Shown here piece by piece: positions 9,092 through 17,903 of a DNA stretch of 64,000 bases. The DNA lies in IMG/VR virus record IMGVR_UViG_3300033145_003233, positions 248,001-312,000 of that record; one strand, written 5' to 3'. The notes beneath the pieces were generated by a model. The model was given only the letters and a program-made list of their open reading frames with translations. It ran no database searches and was not told the origin of the DNA. The stretch's first letter is position 1; each line of letters starts with the position of its first letter. The position numbers and the translations under genes are program-made.

Positions 9092-9664
9092 CTAATCTCT
9101 TATATAAAAATCATTTTTCAATAAACTCCGCGACCTTATAATCCTTCTTAGCTTATTCAGCATCTCCATTATAATTTGCTGAATTCTTCTCCCACTAAGA
9201 TCATATTTCTTTCCCAGTTTTTCCTGAGAAATCTTATGAGAATAATATTCTATCAATATCTTTTTATCTCTTTCTTTAGCATTTATGCCATCAAGAAGTT
9301 CATATAGAAAATCTTTTTTAACCTCTGTTTTTTTAGCATCCTGAACAACACTTTCCTCAAGATAACGAATGTGGGATGAAGAACAAAAATTATATCTATC
9401 AAATTTTTCTTTCTCTTTCCCATAAATTTGTGCTATGCTTTTATTAAACCCCCAATAAGCATAAGTAGAGAACTTAGTTCCATAATCTTCATCATATTTC
9501 GAGGCAGATATACAAAAATTCAAACAAAGATCACTAATTAAATCATCCTTCAAATGAGGAAATATAAATTCTTTTTTCCTCAAATCCGAAATAAAACCTG
9601 TTAACAATCTAATATTATTAGTTACTAATTTCTGTTGTTTTTTTGTTAATCTCGTTCTGCTCAT
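9092..9664 (-). CDS. Sigma-70 family RNA polymerase sigma factor (paralog)
   Basis: KYDEDYGTKFSTYA; SQEKLGKKYDLSGRRIQQI. Confidence 0.8.
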   Translation of the reverse strand: MSRTRLTKKQQKLVTNNIRLLTGFISDLRKKEFIFPHLKDDLISDLCLNFCISASKYDEDYGTKFSTYAYWGFNKSIAQIYGKEKEKFDRYNFCSSSHIRYLEESVVQDAKKTEVKKDFLYELLDGINAKERDKKILIEYYSHKISQEKLGKKYDLSGRRIQQIIMEMLNKLRRIIRSRSLLKNDFYIRD

Positions 9665-9672
9665 TTAAAATT

Positions 9673-9700
9673 ATTATACTATATATACTTTCACTTTCAA
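9673..9700 (-). promoter_or_regulatory. Class 1 promoter driving the sigma/sigma/XRE/NUDIX operon
   Basis: TTGAAA-GTGAAAGTATATATAG-TATAAT. Confidence 0.75.
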
Positions 9701-9704
9701 ATGG

Positions 9705-10499
9705 TTATTTTTCACCTTCCGTGCTTTCCCACATAGCAAACGGATTGATTTTCCTAAGATTATGTCTCTTTTTCCACTTTCTACCATCAAACATATGGGT
9801 TTCAGGAATCCTACATAACCAAAAAGGTAGTTTCCAATTTTTAGTATAAATCGCATAATCCCAACTATTTAGATATTCCCTATTTATTAGTGGGGCTTTC
9901 TGATCTCTAACTTTATAATGGTCTCCCCACAACTGAAGCTCTAAACTTATCTCATCATTCATTAATTCCGACATTTTCCTAACAAATTCCCCTCTAAATA
10001 ACCCTGGCGATGCCGTAGGTTTCTCTACTTCTATAAACAGTTTTTTATCTTTTTCTGATTTATAGGCATGATAAAAAAAGGGGTCAGGACTACCATCAGC
10101 AAGAACATACTTATGTAAATGCACCCAGGCAATCTTAGGATACTCATCAATAATATAAATTAAATCTTCTAAATCAACTTCTGTCATAGAGATCCACATA
10201 TCTTCAAGATTAAAGACATACTTAGAAGTAGTTTGTTTCCACACCCATTTAAAGGCATGAGGCCATTGATGAGTTTTTGGAGAATTGTAAATTATATCAC
10301 TAAAGTACTTTTTAGCCACATTTAGGACATCTTTATAATCATATCTATCATCTCCTATAGGATCTATATTAATGATTAGACGATAATGATATTTATCTTT
10401 ATATTTTTCAAAAAGATTAGCCCAAAAACTCTGATAAGTATTGTCCAGAATCTCTGGTCTTAGAGTTGCTGTGGTTGTTATATCTATTAATTCTTTCAT
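9705..10499 (-). CDS. GT-A-like glycosyltransferase
   Basis: TTTATLRPEIL...INIDPIG...KYVFNLEDMW (DxD-like) pattern. Confidence 0.55.
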   Translation of the reverse strand: MKELIDITTTATLRPEILDNTYQSFWANLFEKYKDKYHYRLIINIDPIGDDRYDYKDVLNVAKKYFSDIIYNSPKTHQWPHAFKWVWKQTTSKYVFNLEDMWISMTEVDLEDLIYIIDEYPKIAWVHLHKYVLADGSPDPFFYHAYKSEKDKKLFIEVEKPTASPGLFRGEFVRKMSELMNDEISLELQLWGDHYKVRDQKAPLINREYLNSWDYAIYTKNWKLPFWLCRIPETHMFDGRKWKKRHNLRKINPFAMWESTEGEK

Positions 10500-10547
10500 A
10501 AAAATCCCTACTATTCAATATCGGAAAATAGTAAGAATTTAATAATC

Positions 10548-10850
10548 TCAGTCCCACAACCAGTCATTTTCTGTACGGAAATAAGGAAGATTGTCATAAT
10601 CTTTCCTAATCATGGCTTGACCTGTTTTGGCTCTGCGGCGTTTCCATTGATGTCTTTTCCAAAACTTGGGAGATTTACGATGTGGTTTCTGATCTCTGCA
10701 AGAATGAGTGTTGTAAAGATAATAACCAGCATGGCTACGGAACCATACTTTTAAAATAATTTCCCCTTTTCTTCTATGCCAGTAACGAATAGGGTTTCCA
10801 TATTCTGGCCCATCAACATAGGAAGGGTAGTTACGATACGTTCTAGTCAA
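10548..10850 (-). CDS. Small basic Trp-rich protein (TTG start)
   Basis: ORF track; SD AGGAG, predicted to be sequestered in a hairpin. Confidence 0.6.
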   Translation of the reverse strand: MTRTYRNYPSYVDGPEYGNPIRYWHRRKGEIILKVWFRSHAGYYLYNTHSCRDQKPHRKSPKFWKRHQWKRRRAKTGQAMIRKDYDNLPYFRTENDWLWD

Positions 10851-10856
10851 TTTATA

Positions 10857-10912
10857 GTCTCCTAATTAATTATATTGTTGTTAATTAACTAAAAGACATC
10901 ATAAGCTTCCTT
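10857..10912 (-). promoter_or_regulatory. uORF (MMSFS*, 10885-10902) overlapping a 16-bp SD-sequestering hairpin
   Basis: mRNA AAGGAAG-ctt-ATGATGTCTTTTAGTTAA; GTCTTTTAGTTAATTA pairs with TAATTAATTAGGAGAC. Confidence 0.6.
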
Positions 10913-10926
10913 AATTATAGTTCCCA

Positions 10927-11106
10927 TTATATTTCTCTTTCTATCTCTCTTTGTGCTATTTGTCTTGCACTTGTTTTTCTGCTCTTTTGAGCGTTCTTTC
11001 TTTGCGTAGGAGTTGTAGTGTTATATCTGTCGCTTGGATATTTATCATGTCCTGGGCAACAGCCACCATCTTTTCTTTTTTTACCATACGCTTTCATTTG
11101 CGTCAT
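10927..11106 (-). CDS. Small basic protein with CCPGHD motif (below ORF-track cutoff)
   Basis: Manual translation MTQMKAYGKKRKDGGCCPGHDKYPSDRY...EIEREI*. Confidence 0.5.
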   Translation of the reverse strand: MTQMKAYGKKRKDGGCCPGHDKYPSDRYNTTTPTQRKNAQKSRKTSARQIAQREIEREI

Positions 11107-11114
11107 TCATTCTA

Positions 11115-11537
11115 CTATATTGGACTTCTTCCTGTCAATACTCTAGTCTCATCATCTCTCAACATCATTTCCAAGACTGCTTTGATGTCCATGATATAAA
11201 GCCTCATTCGAGGATCTGAAGCATTCATCTCAGCAATAATGCTATTTACAATGAGATCAATTTCTTCAGCCCCAATTTCAAGAGTCTCTGCATCATTAAG
11301 ATGTTGCTTGAATGTGGAAAGAGCTAAAATCCACTTCTCAAGATCTGCCACATCACACGGCGAAACATTTTCTGCTGCACATGCATCTAAAGCAAGCATT
11401 TTTTCAAACTCAAGATGATTAACAGCAATACTGGTCACAAGAACAAATGTATCCTTGTGAGAAGGATCTCCTATTGTGCATCCCGTAAAACCCAAGGACA
11501 TAACAAACAGTAATCCAATTAACAATAACTTTTTCAT
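11115..11537 (-). CDS. Putative lipoprotein
   Basis: Signal peptide ending in LGFTGC lipobox. Confidence 0.65.
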   Translation of the reverse strand: MKKLLLIGLLFVMSLGFTGCTIGDPSHKDTFVLVTSIAVNHLEFEKMLALDACAAENVSPCDVADLEKWILALSTFKQHLNDAETLEIGAEEIDLIVNSIIAEMNASDPRMRLYIMDIKAVLEMMLRDDETRVLTGRSPI

Positions 11538-11563
11538 AATTTCTCCCCTAAATATGTTTTTAA

Positions 11564-11909
11564 TGGAGCCGGACGCATCGAAGCGTCGTCCACTGTAGCT
11601 TTAAATCAAACATCTACATGCATAGTTAGTTATTTAGGTTTCGCAAATCAAATCCAAACTAACATGGTTTATCATCGCTATCTCAAATTAGTTTCGCATC
11701 ATATTCTCTTGAGAAAAAGAATATTCAACTATCCTGTTGTCGTGCTTGCTTCCCTAACAGGAGTCAGGAGCAAACAGCCTAAATTGGCTTAGGCAGCCAT
11801 TGCGTAACTGTTGCCAGTTAAAGCTTTTTAGTAGATTTTTACTGAGCCAACTACTATCTCAGGCATGCAATCCAATTCTCTATTCTACGTGTCGATACCT
11901 TTCGACCCC
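11564..11909 (-). ncRNA. ssrA: tmRNA; tag peptide (A)GNSYAMAA* at 11789-11815
   Basis: 5' GGGGTCG pairs with 3' CGGCTCC-A including G3.U70; T-arm GACGC-TTCGAT-GCGTC; resume context TTAACT-GGC; tag ends AA-stop; GCATGC helix; no encoded CCA. Confidence 0.93.
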
Positions 11910-11932
11910 TTTTAATTTTTTAAAGAACAAAA

Positions 11933-12176
11933 ACGTCAATACATTAGACAGGATTGGCTTATTACACCATCTCTAAGAGCAAAGTGCAACTCTCCGCTAC
12001 CCGCTAAGATTTCTGGCTTGCCTACGCGCCTGACTACCAGATGCCCTCTATACCATTGGTCAATTTTTATACCCACTGTTTATTAAACTCTTAACCCTCA
12101 CCTTGTGGGCTAATAACGGGGTCGGAGCTTTTCAAGCGGTTCAATGTGTCGCACCACATCACCAATGTATTAACAT
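11933..12176 (-). ncRNA. Unassigned ~244-nt structured RNA
   Basis: No ORF; GC-rich relative to flanks; 15-bp terminal stem ATGTTAATACATTGG/CTAATGTATTGACGT; several internal hairpins; loop-loop complementarity; consensus promoter immediately upstream. Confidence 0.7.
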
Positions 12177-12189
12177 TTTAATTATCGGT

Positions 12190-12217
12190 ATTATACCAGA
12201 AAATTATCACTTGTCAA
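12190..12217 (-). promoter_or_regulatory. Consensus sigma70 promoter for the ncRNA/tmRNA unit
   Basis: TTGACA-AGTGATAATTTTCTGG-TATAAT. Confidence 0.85.
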
Positions 12218-12219
12218 GT

Positions 12220-12612
12220 CTAAAAAGCATAAACTTTTTCTAAATCTGAAGATGACGGCATTTTCTGATAAATTTCCCCTCTTGGCCCAACAAAATTAGG
12301 GCCTTGCCTTCTTAATTTTACAGTTTGTTGAGAACCATTACTGTTAGTAATCCATATAACCACTGTATTTTGCTCTGCTCTAATTTCTTCTATTTCACTT
12401 CTAATATTTTCCTTATCTTTTTCACTTCCTATTGCATATCCAATAGCTGCCCCAACAACGGCCCCTTCTTCGCCTCCAGCTATAGCTCCTATAATTGCTC
12501 CTGTTGCTGCTCCATTTTGAGCCTCATTATTACATCCAGCCACAACTATTAAAAAGAATAAGGCTATTGCCAAAATCCATAATAATTTTCTAAGTTCACT
12601 TTTTTCTTCCAT
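12220..12612 (-). CDS. Glycine-zipper lipoprotein
   Basis: VVAGC lipobox; GAATGAIIGAIAG...GAAIGYAIG; C-terminal WITNSNGS...GPRGE. Confidence 0.75.
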   Translation of the reverse strand: MEEKSELRKLLWILAIALFFLIVVAGCNNEAQNGAATGAIIGAIAGGEEGAVVGAAIGYAIGSEKDKENIRSEIEEIRAEQNTVVIWITNSNGSQQTVKLRRQGPNFVGPRGEIYQKMPSSSDLEKVYAF

Positions 12613-12635
12613 CTTATTTCCTTTCTACATTATTT

Positions 12636-13496
12636 TTAATCAAGTAGATTTGAAGTCCCTTTTAACATATCCCTAGTAACAGAAAGATCCTTAGCAAGCC
12701 ATGGGTCTCCGCAGAAATCAGCATAATAAGAATATGGCAAATAACCATAACCAGCTGCTCCCCAAAATTGACTCCAACTATTTTTAAGTTGAAAAACCTG
12801 CTCGGCATCATCATATCCAATAACTAGTATTGCATGCCATCCCCAATCTTCATTTGGCTTAGAAGGATAAGGGATTTTACCATTCACTAAAAGACCATAC
12901 ATTTCTTCAAAGCAAGGCATAGCAACAACAGCTGGACCTTCGACTAATGCTCTTTTAAGCCCTTCAACACTACCACTCTCAATGCTCCAATAAGAATCAA
13001 TAGTAGCCCACTTAGCAACCATGTGCGCCCATTGTTTAGGCTCTCCTATATTAATTGGATCGTCTCGATAAGGCCATCCTTTTTCAGTCGGAACGCCAAT
13101 CTTATGAATTACTTTAAAACCAGACCTAAGATTAGTTCCCTGTACATCTGGTCCCCATGGGTCTATCTTCTTAGCATTCCAATATACCCATTGTTCTGAA
13201 AAATTATATTCTCTATCTTTTCTATGATCTTTCTTACCAGCCTCTACTTCTGCCTCATGCTCTTTTCTCTCCTGCCACTCTTTTAATGCGCATACAGCAA
13301 AACCAACACAACTTCCCAATGCTCCTTGATACTTTACCGGAGACATTTCTGGTATCCTATCTATTTTGGGAGGTAAACTAGATGCAGTTTTTAAGATTCT
13401 ATTCTTGTCAGGAAGAGCCTCAAACTTATAATCTTTTTCGTCTGGAGGATCTTTAAATAAACCTCCCGATAAAAACGGTTGCTTAATTTTGCTCAT
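12636..13496 (-). CDS. Papain-like (C1A) cysteine protease
   Basis: QGALGSCVGF, WHAILVIGY, KNSW catalytic motifs. Confidence 0.9.
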   Translation of the reverse strand: MSKIKQPFLSGGLFKDPPDEKDYKFEALPDKNRILKTASSLPPKIDRIPEMSPVKYQGALGSCVGFAVCALKEWQERKEHEAEVEAGKKDHRKDREYNFSEQWVYWNAKKIDPWGPDVQGTNLRSGFKVIHKIGVPTEKGWPYRDDPINIGEPKQWAHMVAKWATIDSYWSIESGSVEGLKRALVEGPAVVAMPCFEEMYGLLVNGKIPYPSKPNEDWGWHAILVIGYDDAEQVFQLKNSWSQFWGAAGYGYLPYSYYADFCGDPWLAKDLSVTRDMLKGTSNLLD

Positions 13497-13541
13497 AATA
13501 TAATCCCCATATAAAAAATCTTAATATTTATCATTTTTTAT

Positions 13542-13566
13542 ATTCGATATTCTATCCAATATCCCT
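13542..13566 (-). promoter_or_regulatory. Class 2 (sigmaH-like) promoter
   Basis: AGGG-N17-GAAT upstream of the C1A protease. Confidence 0.55.
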
Positions 13567-13854
13567 GTTTTTTTCTAAAATTTAACTTTCCTATATTTAT
13601 CTCAAGCCTCTCAACTTGTTTTCCCATTTTTTTTCAAAATAAGCCGTTCTTTTTCTCTCTTGTCTAATCTTATGATTTTTATACACACTAACTAACCATC
13701 TAATTAAAAAAAATTGACTTACTCTTACCATTATCTTCTCTTTCAATGATGACACATAAAAAGAAAAATTTGCCCAGGTCATCGCAAGGCAAATTCTCGG
13801 TTAAAAAGCTAAATATCTCCCATATTAATAGATTAAAAAGATAGAAAATCCTTT

Positions 13855-14439
13855 TTAATTATGCTCAAAATTGATATTAGCTATTTCTCGCTCATTAATC
13901 AAACTTTCTACACGCGGATTAAATTCGTATAATCCCTCATCATACTTAAATCTCTTAATGATGATAGGTTGATTTTTAAGAAGAGAAGGATATTTATCAA
14001 GATACTCTTTGTTATCAGTCATTACAGAATTATAAGGTCCATATACAATTTTCTTTACCCTAACCTGGATCATAGCCCTAACACATTCTATGCAAGGAAA
14101 TCCAGTGATATAAAATACAGAACCCACCAATGGAGTATTATGATGAGTAGCCATATAAATACAGTTTCTCTCTGAGTGTTCAAAATATATATATTTCTCA
14201 GGCCTAGTCAAAGGAATTTCCGCATCAATAGAGCCTTGAGGTGGGCTATTATAACCTGCTGATAATATTCCCCCTTTAGGATCAATAGCTAAACAACCGT
14301 GCTTGCTGGACGGGTCGAGAGACTTCCTAGCAATCTCAAAGCAAAGATTCATACAATACAAATCTACACACGGCCTTCCCAACTCGTCCATCCCCAATTC
14401 ATCTATTGTTTTAAACGAGTTTGTTTTTTTCTTTTTCAT
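13855..14439 (-). CDS. dCMP deaminase
   Basis: SAGYN, HSERN, PCIEC zinc-dependent deaminase motifs. Confidence 0.85.
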   Translation of the reverse strand: MKKKKTNSFKTIDELGMDELGRPCVDLYCMNLCFEIARKSLDPSSKHGCLAIDPKGGILSAGYNSPPQGSIDAEIPLTRPEKYIYFEHSERNCIYMATHHNTPLVGSVFYITGFPCIECVRAMIQVRVKKIVYGPYNSVMTDNKEYLDKYPSLLKNQPIIIKRFKYDEGLYEFNPRVESLINEREIANINFEHN

Positions 14440-15194
14440 TTTTGCTCCCTATTAAATTGTTTAAGTGGACCTTCCCATATAGGCATGCTTTCGCCCCTAT
14501 CCCAAATTTCTACCAACCCATCTTCCTGCAATTCTTCCAATGTGATTTCTCTACTTTCTCTTTTGGAAACCTCTACAAGAATTTTCTTATCATAGAAGGG
14601 CATACCATTATCGCTATATTTCACCCCTCCTGAAAAAAGACTTAATCTTTTTACACAAGCAGAATTAAGAAATAAACACTTATCAGTGGTTGTTAAAAAT
14701 ATACTACTATTGTGTTTCTTATAACATTGCAAATTATTAACCTTGAAAAGAGCAACATCATTACTTACAAAATTCTTTATCTCTATTGTTGTATTATAAT
14801 TATTTAACATTACTTTAAAATCAGGATGGTTGGGAGCTTTAAGATATGCCCATCCAAGAGGTTTATCATCAAATGTCTGAATTTCTACCTTATTACCTTT
14901 TCTCTCCAATAGGTCTTTAAATTCTGTCATCAACCTAAGCTCTTCTCTCCCTGTGCGGCGCTGTTTAAGTTGAAACTCTGCATCATCTCTATAATCATTT
15001 CTACTATGTCTTACTCCCTGCCCTCCAGAACATGGAACTCCATATAGTTCAGCATTTTTTCTTATTTTTGCATTCTTCTCACAAAATAAAGTACGAGTTA
15101 TTTTATTCTCTTCTAACTCATCTAAATAATCATTAAGCTTAGCTTCTAACAAATCTCTTATTCCATTTGTTGTTAGGGTTTTCTCTTCTATCAT
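14436..15194 (-). CDS. Putative PD-(D/E)XK nuclease
   Basis: HPDFKVML...IEIK; translationally coupled to the methyltransferase. Confidence 0.5.
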   Translation of the reverse strand: MIEEKTLTTNGIRDLLEAKLNDYLDELEENKITRTLFCEKNAKIRKNAELYGVPCSGGQGVRHSRNDYRDDAEFQLKQRRTGREELRLMTEFKDLLERKGNKVEIQTFDDKPLGWAYLKAPNHPDFKVMLNNYNTTIEIKNFVSNDVALFKVNNLQCYKKHNSSIFLTTTDKCLFLNSACVKRLSLFSGGVKYSDNGMPFYDKKILVEVSKRESREITLEELQEDGLVEIWDRGESMPIWEGPLKQFNREQK

Positions 15195-16396
15195 TTTAAA
15201 ATTTCCTCTATCGTCTTAACTTCTATCCCATAAAACATGGTAGGATCTGTTGCAGATTCTCCTCTCCTACTTTTCGTGGTATGGGCCTTCTTCTTACCCT
15301 TCCTGGATTTAGCGAAAGTAAGTCGTTTTCTGGCTTCTTTCAGATACTCCTTATTCGTGTCAATACCTACATAATTATGATCATGTTTTATAGCTACCTC
15401 TCCCGTAGTTCCTGTTCCATTAAAAGGATCTAATATCAAACATTTTTTAATTTTATTTATATCACATTTGCAAGCTTTCTCAAAATCTTCCGGGACTAAC
15501 TCCAGACGATAGCCCTTCTTATTATTAGCTGGTATCTTAACTTTACTAAACTTTCTTTCCCATGGCTTGCCACAATTAGCACAACAACCAGCGTTAGAAG
15601 CAGAAGCTTTAATACAAGGTTCAATTAGAGCCGGAGGATAAGTGGCATAATGTTTTCCCTTGTAGCTAGCAACAGAAGTTCTCCACACCGACCTCTTATT
15701 CCTTTTACCATAATGCTCAAATATTCTATCTTGATCTTGCCTGAATGTCCCATGCTGTTCATTTGCCCCAAACCCCTGGATACCATCAGGTTGATCTTTA
15801 GTATCTTCTAAAACACCATAATAATCATAAAAATATTTAGGAGACTTACTAAATAAAAATAGATATTCGTGTCCACGAGTCGGCCTATCTTTAGCTCCAT
15901 CAGGCATGGGATTTGTTTTTTCCCATATAATATCACAACGCAAATACCACCCATCTTTTTGGAGAGCAAATGCAACCATCCAAGGAATGCCGAATAATTC
16001 TTTCTTCTTTATATAAGAATGCTTAAGGGCCTTTTTGTCCGCAGAACCTCTCGTTCTTCCTTTTCTATCCCACCCATTTGTAGCCCTAGTAAATCCAGAA
16101 TCATTGTTATAACTATCTCCCATATTAAGCCAGAAAGTTCCGTCTTTCCTCAGAACCCTTTTAACTTCTCTTAAAATTTCTACTAAATTTTCTACATATA
16201 ATTCAGGAGTGGATTCCTGCCCTAGTTGATCATCTGCAAAATAATCTCTTAGTTGCCAGTATGGAGGACTAGTCACAACAGTTTGAAATGTATTATCTGG
16301 AAATTGCTTCAAAACATCCCTAGAATTTCCTTCTAACAAAAGAAATTTTTTCGTAATACTTTCCAAAGACATTGTTTGTACATCTATACCTGACAT
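15191..16396 (-). CDS. N4-cytosine/N6-adenine DNA methyltransferase (beta class)
   Basis: TSPPY, HYATYP, DPFNGTGTT motifs; CxxC insertion. Confidence 0.9.
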   Translation of the reverse strand: MSGIDVQTMSLESITKKFLLLEGNSRDVLKQFPDNTFQTVVTSPPYWQLRDYFADDQLGQESTPELYVENLVEILREVKRVLRKDGTFWLNMGDSYNNDSGFTRATNGWDRKGRTRGSADKKALKHSYIKKKELFGIPWMVAFALQKDGWYLRCDIIWEKTNPMPDGAKDRPTRGHEYLFLFSKSPKYFYDYYGVLEDTKDQPDGIQGFGANEQHGTFRQDQDRIFEHYGKRNKRSVWRTSVASYKGKHYATYPPALIEPCIKASASNAGCCANCGKPWERKFSKVKIPANNKKGYRLELVPEDFEKACKCDINKIKKCLILDPFNGTGTTGEVAIKHDHNYVGIDTNKEYLKEARKRLTFAKSRKGKKKAHTTKSRRGESATDPTMFYGIEVKTIEEILK

Positions 16397-16936
16397 TTAT
16401 TCTTCCAGTTTAGAAATAATGTAATTAATTATCCCGTCCTGATCAAGACATGAACGACTCGTAAAAGATATTTTATTCGCAACCAGAACCCCCTTCACTG
16501 AAATATCTATACGTTTTGCCTGTGGCAACGTTTCATATCTTCCAACTTCATCATAAAATTTATCTTCCCTGTCAATAAAAATATGAAGAGCAGGATACAA
16601 CTTCTCAAATTCTAAAGCTGCTAATCTCATAGGCTCCTGCAAGGGCACTTTATGATGATAAGCATAAAAATATTGAAGCATAAGAGGGGAGTCACTAACT
16701 ATTAAATCTACGCCTGCTCTTAGCCTGATATCCTCTTTCTGGATCTGCCCTGCTTGAAGATAAAAACTATCACAATCTTTTGGGATGCGAGGAATATAGG
16801 TCCAATCTTTTATACACTCATCTACTAACTCAATATCATATCCTTTAAAACCAAGTTGAGCACGTATATTAGTAGCTGTTATAGATTTTCCACAACCTGC
16901 TCCACCATATAAATTTATTCTTCTTATCTTACTCAT
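16397..16936 (-). CDS. AAA_28/NadR-like P-loop NTPase
   Basis: INLYGGAGCGKS; SDSPL; GRYET. Confidence 0.7.
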   Translation of the reverse strand: MSKIRRINLYGGAGCGKSITATNIRAQLGFKGYDIELVDECIKDWTYIPRIPKDCDSFYLQAGQIQKEDIRLRAGVDLIVSDSPLMLQYFYAYHHKVPLQEPMRLAALEFEKLYPALHIFIDREDKFYDEVGRYETLPQAKRIDISVKGVLVANKISFTSRSCLDQDGIINYIISKLEE

Positions 16937-17559
16937 ATTTCTCTCCCGGGAAATACATAATTATCAAACTCTTTTAATTTGCTATCTATTTTTCTTGATG
17001 CTGCATAGTCCGCTAATTGAACAATTTGTAATATTAGCTTATTATTCTCGTCCATTACATCTTTCCATGGAAAAGATAATGACTCATTTGTGAACCTTCC
17101 CATATGTAATGCTACACAGGCTATAATAGCTCCTGCATTCTTCGCTTCTATCTCTCTAGGATAGTTATCATATAAATCCCTCATTTGAATAGCTAACATT
17201 GGGCCATGAGTTTCCCAGTATCGTGCTAATGTGGGCTTTTTATCCTTATCTAATAACTTGCCAAATTTTTGGAGATCATGTAGGAGGAGAGAAGAAATTA
17301 TAATATCAAGATCTGTACAGCCAAAATTGTCTGCCAATTTCCTACCCCACCAGACGCATAATTTAGTATGAATTACAATCCCATGTTCTCCATTACATGC
17401 CTGAGGGTGATGTTTATGAGACGAGGAAGCCGAAAAATCCCAAAAATAATCTGGAGTTAACTTATCAAAACAACTTAAAGTAAAAGATTTTGTACAACGA
17501 GATTGTATATATTTTAATTCTTCATCAAAAACTTTTCTCGCTATCTCTCTATTAGACAT
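16933..17559 (-). CDS. HD-domain phosphohydrolase
   Basis: ASSSHKHHP, HT, LLHDL, HMG, LADY. Confidence 0.8.
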   Translation of the reverse strand: MSNREIARKVFDEELKYIQSRCTKSFTLSCFDKLTPDYFWDFSASSSHKHHPQACNGEHGIVIHTKLCVWWGRKLADNFGCTDLDIIISSLLLHDLQKFGKLLDKDKKPTLARYWETHGPMLAIQMRDLYDNYPREIEAKNAGAIIACVALHMGRFTNESLSFPWKDVMDENNKLILQIVQLADYAASRKIDSKLKEFDNYVFPGREI

Positions 17560-17903
17560 TACATATTCTCCATTTCCTCTAAAACTTTATCCCAGTCTCC
17601 CCTGAACCCTATCCCTCTGTCATCTATATAGAATGTAGCAGGTGGCTTATCACTTTTCAACACTTCATCATACGGAATTTCATGTTTATCAAGATATTCT
17701 TTCATAATTCTACGTTGAGTTTCTTTATCAATAGGATATTTACTCATCTCATCTGAGGTTCTAGCAGAAAGAATAAGAATAGTAAAACCCTTATCTTTTA
17801 TTTTTTGAAGAGCTTCTTTAGCTCCCCTTGTAGGAGGCCCCATGCCAGGATAGTCTCCCCACTCTGCTATAGTCCCATCAAAATCTATTATAACAGTTGA
17901 CAT
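17559..17903 (-). CDS. HAD-superfamily phosphatase
   Basis: DFDGT, SAR, KPPATFYIDDR. Confidence 0.8.
   Translation of the reverse strand: MSTVIIDFDGTIAEWGDYPGMGPPTRGAKEALQKIKDKGFTILILSARTSDEMSKYPIDKETQRRIMKEYLDKHEIPYDEVLKSDKPPATFYIDDRGIGFRGDWDKVLEEMENM

Noticed and set aside
11933-12176. RNase P RNA, 6S RNA or raiA-motif identity for the structured RNA
   Set aside because: GAAAAGCTCCG only loosely resembles GGAAAGUCCG and no matching 3' P4 strand is evident; the multi-branched fold does not fit the 6S rod; similarity to raiA is limited to CGGGTAGCG
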